A stretch of DNA of 58,756 nt from assembly GCA_964248365.1 (NCBI GenBank), contig CAXTYC010000020.1, forward strand, positions 30,490 to 89,245. The letters are read 5' to 3'. The position numbers were made by a program, and so were the translations under genes. The DNA is from an uncultured Chroococcidiopsis sp. (lineage in GTDB: Bacteria > Cyanobacteriota > Cyanobacteriia > Cyanobacteriales > Chroococcidiopsidaceae). Below the pieces are notes generated by a model. That model made no database searches and was not told the DNA's origin. It worked only from the letters and a program-made list of their open reading frames with translations. Each line of letters opens with the position of its first letter. Position 1 is the first letter of the stretch. Positions 50,049 to 58,756 of the stretch are shown here, piece by piece.

Positions 50049-51416
50049 CTAGACATTGACTTTCTTGATTTTGAGACTCTTTAAGTAGGCAGTGGGGTTT
50101 TCTGGATCGAATTTGACACCATCAAAAAATGTTTCCACCCCACGAGATGTACTTGTAGGAATGTCAGCGGCAGCAACACCTGCTTCTTTCGCCGCTTCTT
50201 TCCAAATATCTTCTCGGTTGACGCGATCAATTAATGCCTTAGCTTTTGTTAAATAGTCGGCGGGTAAAAAGCCCCAGCGAACGCTTTCTGTAATGAACCA
50301 CAAATCGTGACTCTTGTAAGGATAGGAAACGCTACCTTTTTCATCTTTCCAGTAGTACGCAGCCAATGATTTATCGTCAATCTTACGACCATCACCCATG
50401 TCGTACTTGCCTTGGAATGGTTCTGCTAGAATTTCGGCTGGAAGATTGAAGTAATTCCGTCCGCCCAGGATTTGTGCCGCAGCATCGCGGTTATCAAAAT
50501 TATCTAACCACTGTTGCGCTTCCATAATTCCTTTTAACAGCGCTTTAGTAGCTTTAGGATTTTTATCAACCCAATCTCCCCGCAGAGCAAAATATTCTTC
50601 GGGGTGATGCTTCCACAATTGAGCTGTCAACACTGCCAAAAAACCAATCTTATCTTTGACAATGCGATAGGGCCAGGGGTCGCCAGTACTGAAAGCATCC
50701 ATAGTACCAGTTTTCATGTTGGCGACTGTTTGAGCAGCTGGTACGGGAATTAATTTCACATCAGTATCGGGATTAACACCGCCTGCTGCTAACCAATAGC
50801 GAATCCAAAAATCTTGGTTAACGTGGGCAAAGGTATAAGCCGCCGTGAAAGGAGTTGTTGTTGATTTCAACTGCTCGAAAGTTCCCTTTCCACCCTTAGA
50901 TAAGTCAAGATCAATTCCTTTACCTTGGTGCTTGTTAGCAACAGCAATTCCATTACCGTGAGTAATTAGCTGTGCCAACAAATACATGGGAATTTTTTTA
51001 TTACCTTTGGTGATTATACCTTCAGTAATTAGATGGGGCATTGGCATTTGATATTGACCGCCATCCACACCACCACCAGCAGAGCCAATTTCTGTATTAT
51101 CCCGCATTGAACCCCAAGAAGCTTGCTTGGAAAGTTCAACATCAGTCATGCCATACTTGGCAAAGAAGCCTTTTTCTTTAGCAATAATAAAGGGAGCAGA
51201 TTCTACGATAGGAATATATCCCAGCTTCACCCTAGTGGTTTCTGGTTTTTGCTCGGGACTCTGGTTATTAGTAGAAACCTGCGTAGCTGTAACGTTGTTT
51301 CCGCCCCCTGTCGGAGGATTTCCCACACATCCTTTGAGCAATACCGAACCAACAGCAGATGCACCAGCAGTTAATATAAATCTCCTACGAGAAAATTGAT
51401 TTAAACCTTCGCTCAT
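50049..51416 (-). CDS. cmpA: Bicarbonate-binding lipoprotein
   Basis: SRRRF Tat-like motif, [35 protein letters not shown] (CmpA-type); no nirA/narB adjacent. Confidence 0.9.
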   Translation of the reverse strand: MSEGLNQFSRRRFILTAGASAVGSVLLKGCVGNPPTGGGNNVTATQVSTNNQSPEQKPETTRVKLGYIPIVESAPFIIAKEKGFFAKYGMTDVELSKQASWGSMRDNTEIGSAGGGVDGGQYQMPMPHLITEGIITKGNKKIPMYLLAQLITHGNGIAVANKHQGKGIDLDLSKGGKGTFEQLKSTTTPFTAAYTFAHVNQDFWIRYWLAAGGVNPDTDVKLIPVPAAQTVANMKTGTMDAFSTGDPWPYRIVKDKIGFLAVLTAQLWKHHPEEYFALRGDWVDKNPKATKALLKGIMEAQQWLDNFDNRDAAAQILGGRNYFNLPAEILAEPFQGKYDMGDGRKIDDKSLAAYYWKDEKGSVSYPYKSHDLWFITESVRWGFLPADYLTKAKALIDRVNREDIWKEAAKEAGVAAADIPTSTSRGVETFFDGVKFDPENPTAYLKSLKIKKVNV

Positions 51417-51854
51417 AAAATCCTCTGTTGGCTTATTACAATTTTTTAACCATGCGAATATTGGCAACGGAACAGCTATGTTCCTTGCTATATCAATGCA
51501 GACACAACTTTATAAATCGTGTGTTTTTATCGGCAATCTATAATGAACATAGTTGTGGTTGTTAAAGACCGATTTTGATGAAAATGCTCCTCCAGCTAGA
51601 TGAACTGAAGTGGCGGGAACAACCAAAATTACTCTTGTGTAAATAAGCTTACAGCTTTTGAAGTAAAATTTGTTAACTTAGTACCTGTTATTCTTAAATA
51701 AATATTAAATTGTTTTTATAAGTAAAAGTTTATAGATAGTCTCTAAAACCGTTTAATAAGCGTATTCTATAAATCAAATTTGATATAAGTTATCGAGTAT
51801 TATCTCTATAAAACTCAGTATAAATACTATTTGACTTGCACAAAGCAATTAAAT

Positions 51855-51870
51855 ATAGAAAATTATCTAT
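51855..51870. promoter_or_regulatory. Putative LysR (NdhR/CmpR-type) operator upstream of cmpA
   Basis: ATAG-N8-CTAT (ATAGAAAATTATCTAT) in the long AT-rich upstream region. Confidence 0.5.
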
Positions 51871-52002
51871 GTTATATATAAATTTGTTTTATAGATATCT
51901 ATTTCCGCTAGCTCTATTTATTTAAATTAAACTTATAGTAACCATTAGTGATTATCTATAGATAATTGTAGCTAGTTTCTACAGTAATCTGCGCTTTAGA
52001 AT

Positions 52003-54957
52003 TTAGAGAATCTCAACAATTCCTAACTGACCATTAATCCGCACCCGTTGACCATCTCGCAACAACTGGGTAGCGTTGTGGATATCCATCACAGCAGGAA
52101 TACCATATTCCCGCGCCACGATCGCACCGTGAGAAAGCCTTCCTCCCACCTCTGCAATCAATCCCCCCGCCCTTGACAATATTGGAGCCCAACCAGAATC
52201 GGTATAAGGCACAACTAAAATCGTCTTGGAGTCAATTTCTGACAGCAATTGCCAACTTGTTAGCACCTTCACCCGTCCCTCTACTATTCCAAGGCTGGCT
52301 CCGATACCTTGCAAGATGGAAGCTGGGGGAGCTGGGGAGGCTGGGGAGGCTGGGGGAGCTGGGGGAGTATTGCCGTAGACTAAGGGGGGTACTGAAAGGA
52401 GTTGACGATCTTGTTCGAGTTGGGATCGGCTTGCTTCCACCCTTCGCCTCAACTGATGCACTAACTCCAAATCAGATCCATCAACAACCCGACGAACTTC
52501 ATCCTCCTCCAAAAAGAAAATATCACCAGTCTCAGACAACAGACGCTCCTGCAACCATTTCTCCTCCAACACCACAAAACACCACCGCAACTGCGCCAAC
52601 AGACGAGAATAAACCTCAGTCACCCGCCCCTTCAAATCCACTCTCCCCTGAACAGCTCCTCCCCTCCTCTTACCTTTGCGCTCTTTGCTTCCCTGGGGTT
52701 TAAACCCCAGGCTATGCGGTTTAAACCCCAGGCTATGCGGTTGATTTCCCTCCCTAACCAAATGCACAAAAACTTCCCTAACCACCTGCGGCTCTTCCTT
52801 CCAAGTAGGAACAGCAATATCAGTCCCCACCTCACTCAAATACCCATAAAGCTCAAGCAACTGCTCAAACTGGCTAATAATCTTCCTACCTTGCTCACTT
52901 TCGCCCAGCTGCTCAAACACCCCATTTTGCCCTGATGGAGACACTACCTGACGAGCTTGATGTGCCAGAGTTGCGATCGCATTCATTGCCTCCACCTCTG
53001 GCGTTCGACTATTATCGATTTGTGTATCCTTTACCCGAAAAATTGCCCCCCGTAACGAAGCACTCAAGGGAGCCATAATACTGTAATAAGTTGCCCGCTT
53101 GAGCAACTCTAAAATCAAGTCCACCCGTGCTAATAACTGTGCGCTTGAGAGATTTTCAACTGCTTGCTCACTCAACAAAGACAAGCCAGGAGCAAAATGC
53201 TGCTTTTCATCTCGCTGAAAATCCCTTTCTAAACTCAATTCTCTACCCAGCAATCTCAACAACCCAGGCACATTCCTTAAAGTAGAACTCAAGGGCGGCT
53301 TACTAAATGAGGCTCCCCTAGTTAAAAACTCCAAACTTTCCGCAGGCAAACCCATCAGCCTAAAAATCTGTCCTAAGAGGGAGGCATTAAAATAAGCACG
53401 GGAGTAATGTAATGTCGCTGTTTGATTAAAATCTAAACTAGCAGCACGTTTGCCCAAAACGAGGGTAAAAATTTCACCCCAAACCCCACACGTCAAAGGG
53501 CGATTGATTGACCACGTTAAGGGGCGAATCAGACCAGGAATCACTTCGGCGGCAATTTTGCGCGTCCAAATGGGCAGTAGGGTAGTAATCGGACGGGATT
53601 GCAATAGCCATAAATTTTGACCGTCGTAGCTCCACTCAATATCCTGGGGAACGCCATGAAAGCGATTTTCTAGGTTTCGCGCTAGTAACGCAACTTGCTT
53701 AATTAATGCTGGTGGTACGTCTCCCTCTCCTTCGATTTGTAGAGACGTGTCGTTACCCTTGATTTGTAGAGAGGCAAAATTTTGCGGCTCTACATTATTG
53801 TCGGTTAATGTTACAACCACGCGATACTGTTCAGGTGTCACCTCTCCTGAAACTACTTGCTTCGCATCTCCTGGTAATGCTTCAATTACAACAGCATCAG
53901 ATGGCAGGGCGATCGGATCGCGGCTAAAGGCAACTCCAGAAAATACGCCTTGGACTTGTTTTTGAATTAGCACAGCCATTGCGTCTTCGGGTAAACCGCG
54001 TTCACGCCGATATAGCACAACAGTTGGGTTGTCGTAGGAAGCTTGAATACGGGCGATCGCCCCGCGTAACATCTCTCGACTAGTAACATTCAAAACTGTT
54101 TCGTACTGTCCCGCAGCCGAAGCTTGTTCCGAATCTTCCCCCACTGCTGAAGAACGGACTACGAGTGGTTCTGCTTGTGATGGTTGCAGAAAGTTAATTA
54201 AAGGTTCTGCGTCATCTCCTGGGGGAAGTACCCATCCCATTGGAACAGGGTAGCCCCATTGCTTTAACCGAGATAGAGTTGCAGCCTTTTGACCAACTTT
54301 ACTTGCATCGAGTTGGCGATCAAGAGAGACGATCGCTTTATCACCACGAAAAAAGCGAAACATTGTTTGAGATTCTGCCACGACGGCTTTTGGTGGAAGA
54401 TCTAAGTCATCGGGAATTTTTTTGTAAATCCAGCCAATCAATACAGCCAGAGCGATCGCCGCTCCAATTCGGGCTGAATCTTCAGCGTGTAATAATGCTG
54501 TGATTAAGGGAAACAAAATTAAAACTCCGACTCGTCCTAGTTCCCTTTCTCGCAGAATAGTAAAACTAATTGAGCCAATCAAAAATACTAATCCAGCTAC
54601 CCGCCAATCATGAACTACATAGCCCCAAACAACATTAGTGGTTCCTGCGCCTTTGCCCATCCAATAACGACCCATTACCAAGGCAATCAGGGCAATCAAC
54701 TCCCAAGCCGAACCAGGTGGGAAAAATACACGCGCAAGCATAACAGCTGCAATTCCTTTCAAAGCTTCTGACACAACTGCCAGAATTCCCGCTAATTTAC
54801 CCCCATGATAAAAAGCGGCTGAGACACTGATATTACCAGTACCCAACTGTTCTAATTTCCGCCCACTTAGTGCGTAGGTAATCGGGGATATTAGCGGTAG
54901 CCCGCCCAAAAGAGGGCAGATGATGAAAATAGTGAGTACACCCCAAACTTGCAGCAT
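52003..54957 (-). CDS. Fusion of a PlsY-like membrane acyltransferase domain, PPDK/PEP-synthase ATP-grasp domain and phospho-His swivel domain
   Basis: GTGNISVSAAF, EALKG, GKGAG (PlsY-like); GQKAATL, VVRSSAVGED..SAAGQY, QDIEW..LQSRPIT; GGRLSHGAIVAREYGIPAV. Confidence 0.88.
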   Translation of the reverse strand: MLQVWGVLTIFIICPLLGGLPLISPITYALSGRKLEQLGTGNISVSAAFYHGGKLAGILAVVSEALKGIAAVMLARVFFPPGSAWELIALIALVMGRYWMGKGAGTTNVVWGYVVHDWRVAGLVFLIGSISFTILRERELGRVGVLILFPLITALLHAEDSARIGAAIALAVLIGWIYKKIPDDLDLPPKAVVAESQTMFRFFRGDKAIVSLDRQLDASKVGQKAATLSRLKQWGYPVPMGWVLPPGDDAEPLINFLQPSQAEPLVVRSSAVGEDSEQASAAGQYETVLNVTSREMLRGAIARIQASYDNPTVVLYRRERGLPEDAMAVLIQKQVQGVFSGVAFSRDPIALPSDAVVIEALPGDAKQVVSGEVTPEQYRVVVTLTDNNVEPQNFASLQIKGNDTSLQIEGEGDVPPALIKQVALLARNLENRFHGVPQDIEWSYDGQNLWLLQSRPITTLLPIWTRKIAAEVIPGLIRPLTWSINRPLTCGVWGEIFTLVLGKRAASLDFNQTATLHYSRAYFNASLLGQIFRLMGLPAESLEFLTRGASFSKPPLSSTLRNVPGLLRLLGRELSLERDFQRDEKQHFAPGLSLLSEQAVENLSSAQLLARVDLILELLKRATYYSIMAPLSASLRGAIFRVKDTQIDNSRTPEVEAMNAIATLAHQARQVVSPSGQNGVFEQLGESEQGRKIISQFEQLLELYGYLSEVGTDIAVPTWKEEPQVVREVFVHLVREGNQPHSLGFKPHSLGFKPQGSKERKGKRRGGAVQGRVDLKGRVTEVYSRLLAQLRWCFVVLEEKWLQERLLSETGDIFFLEEDEVRRVVDGSDLELVHQLRRRVEASRSQLEQDRQLLSVPPLVYGNTPPAPPASPASPAPPASILQGIGASLGIVEGRVKVLTSWQLLSEIDSKTILVVPYTDSGWAPILSRAGGLIAEVGGRLSHGAIVAREYGIPAVMDIHNATQLLRDGQRVRINGQLGIVEIL

Positions 54958-55093
54958 TTGACTTAAGAAGAGGAGCTAGGGGCTAGGGGCAAGAATTGAG
55001 CTAAGGAAGCTAAAGGAAGCCAAAGGGAGAATTACGCGCTTGCGTGATTGCCGAATTCTTCCCCTAGTCCCTAGTCTCTAGCCCCTAGTTCCT

Positions 55094-55234
55094 TTAATTA
55101 ACTATGTAGGCTGCTCGCAGCGCCCAAATGATCAGAACAGCGATCGAACCCAACAGCAGCACAGTTGATATAGTAACTGCTTTTGGGCTATCGGCTCCCT
55201 CAAATTTCATGATTCCACGATTTAAGTCGGACAT
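55094..55234 (-). CDS. ndhQ: NDH-1 small subunit NdhQ-like protein (46 aa)
   Basis: MSDLNRGIMKFEGADSP..LGSIAVLIIWALRAAY resembles NdhQ as recalled (DFNRGIMKFDGADSP..WAL..AY); AGGAGG upstream; not in ORF track. Confidence 0.8.
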   Translation of the reverse strand: MSDLNRGIMKFEGADSPKAVTISTVLLLGSIAVLIIWALRAAYIVN

Positions 55235-55781
55235 ACCTTGTGTAAATCCTCCTTTGTAAGAGTGTTACTGTATCCGTTTTGATTTTAGTCCTTCCACTCA
55301 ATAAGTTGGAAAACTTATAATCTATTATTCTGGTTTTATGCTAAAGCTAATCGAGTTCTCGCCGAATCTAGAGCAAGATAGATAATATCGTTGAGCGAAT
55401 TTAACACTCAACTTTGAAGTCAAAAAATTCTGACAACCGCCCCTTGTGACGATAGGGTTATTGAATATTGCTGTAGCAAAATATACTAATATAGTGTTTT
55501 TCTAAATCAAAGGTTTTTTAAATTCATTAGGAGAAGGGGGGATCGCCTCTTGTTCCTATTCTCATTTGCCAGGTGCAGCATTAATTAAGTAAATCATTGC
55601 TGTATACTGCTGTGAGTGAGAATTGTTTCGCTGCAACCAATATCATGTCACCAATTTCCTCGGCTTATGCTTTAAGCGTACATCCCTCTCAAGTAGTAAT
55701 TTAGAGGCAAAAAGTTACTTAATTTTTTCCTAGAATAGAAATATCTAGAATTAAATACTCATCACCAATTAGGTGCAAGGC

Positions 55782-57692
<1,911 letters not shown>

Positions 57693-58007
57693 GCTACCTA
57701 AATAGTAATTTTTGTAACTAAACAAGATACATTTTTTAAATGTAGCGTTAGTACCAGCATTCTTAGCGCTATGCAGCAGGGGTTATATCTTTGGAGAGAG
57801 AATCGCCGCCTTTCTATTAAATAACCCAGTTAGGGGTGTTGCACCTTATCGTTATGTTTATGTCGCGCCTAGACACGAAGTGGTTTCTCGCTCCAGTATA
57901 CGCGCTCGTCGCTAAGAAAAACAAAGGATAATTTAGTATCTAAAGGAAGATTTAAGGAAAATCTCTATCTTATTGTGCAATGCCGAATTACGAATTATTT
58001 GGTAACA

Positions 58008-58524
58008 ATGTCTGAGATTGAAACTAATCGACTACGGCTAAGACATTTTAGTCTAGATGACTTGGATGACCTATTTCGTATCTATAGCGATCTAGAAGTC
58101 ATGAGATATGTAGGTAAAGGTGTAAGAACAAAAGATAAGACACAATCCGCATTAGTTTCGATGATTAAGCATTGGAAACATGGTTTTGGGATGTGGGCAG
58201 TAGTTGACAAACAAAGCGATAAAATGATCGGTCGTTGTGGGCTGTGTTTTTTGGATAATACTCCAGAAGTCGAACTGGGCTATACGCTGGATAAGCCTTT
58301 TTGGAATATGGGTTTAGCTACAGAAGCATCTTTAGCAAGTTTAAAGTATGGATTTGAGGAAGTAGGGCCCCGTGCGGATTGTTGCGATCGCTAAACCTGA
58401 AAACATTGCCTCACAACGGGTGATGCAAAAAGTAGGCATGAAATACGAAAAGAATGCCCATTACTACAACAGTGATGTTGTCTACTACGCCCTTTCCCCT
58501 TCTGACTATTATGCCATAAATTAG
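58008..58524 (+). pseudogene. RimJ/RimL GNAT acetyltransferase with a +1 frameshift
   Basis: IETNRLRLR..ELGY..WNMGLATEA; removing one C at ~58368-58371 restores RIVAIAKPENIASQRVMQKVGM. Confidence 0.8.
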
Positions 58525-58756
58525 AATTGCAAGAATATTCTGTAAGGACGAGTTGAACGAAGATATTTATTTGCATGAGAGGTTTTCGTACAACCCACCC
58601 TACAAATTATGAATATGAAAGAGTTCATCTAAAATGTCTATTGAAACATCCATACCATTTGGTTAAATACCAACAACAGATAGAGCTTGAAGAATGTAAT
58701 GCCAACCCGTCAAATTTTTCAAAGTTTTTGAACTCCATGAGTTCAGAATTTTTCTA

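Noticed and set aside
45911..51416. Nitrate transporter nrtABCD
   Set aside because: Binding-protein motifs are CmpA-type and there is no flanking nirA or narB; called cmpABCD
51968..51982. NtcA site upstream of cmpA
   Set aside because: Spacing is GTA-N9-TAC rather than GTA-N8-TAC
52697..52742. CRISPR-like GTTTAAAC repeat
   Set aside because: Directly tandem 21-mers without spacers, inside a CDS
52173..52935. Plus-strand ORFs of 176 aa and 73 aa
   Set aside because: Antisense shadows of the PlsY-PPDK gene with low-complexity content
58600..58756. Possible gene start at the window edge
   Set aside because: The nearest ATG frame closes after 10 codons; too little sequence to call

Overview
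Cyanobacterial chromosomal segment, judged from frequent HIP1 GCGATCGC octamers, heptamer/octamer STRR tracts, small palindromic dispersed repeats, cmpABCD and an ndhQ-like gene. In order it holds: a REC-PAS-GAF(cyanobacteriochrome)-GAF histidine kinase preceded by decayed ethylene-receptor-like and Rcp1-like genes; a stress/DNA-damage group (Hsp20, a KTSC protein with a putative LexA box, a spore-photoproduct-lyase-like radical SAM enzyme); a compact putative RNA-repair operon of archaeal-type rtcB, 2H cyclic phosphodiesterase, COG0523/CobW GTPase and archease (the best candidate for an undescribed system); housekeeping genes rlmB, Mini-III, a STAS protein with a non-canonical start and carA; two retropepsin-like proteases; a group II intron 3' remnant; a NarL-type two-component system divergent from an MdtABC-like RND efflux operon with a vapBC pair between its permeases; an accessory stretch with IS1/IS6/IS701 remnants and a dead methyltransferase-Mrr fusion; exoD, a lipid kinase and psiE; the BCT1 bicarbonate transporter; a PlsY-PPDK-like fusion; an ABC exporter; and a frameshifted GNAT. 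No rRNA, tRNA or CRISPR array was seen. All family assignments come from motif recognition by eye, with no database searches.
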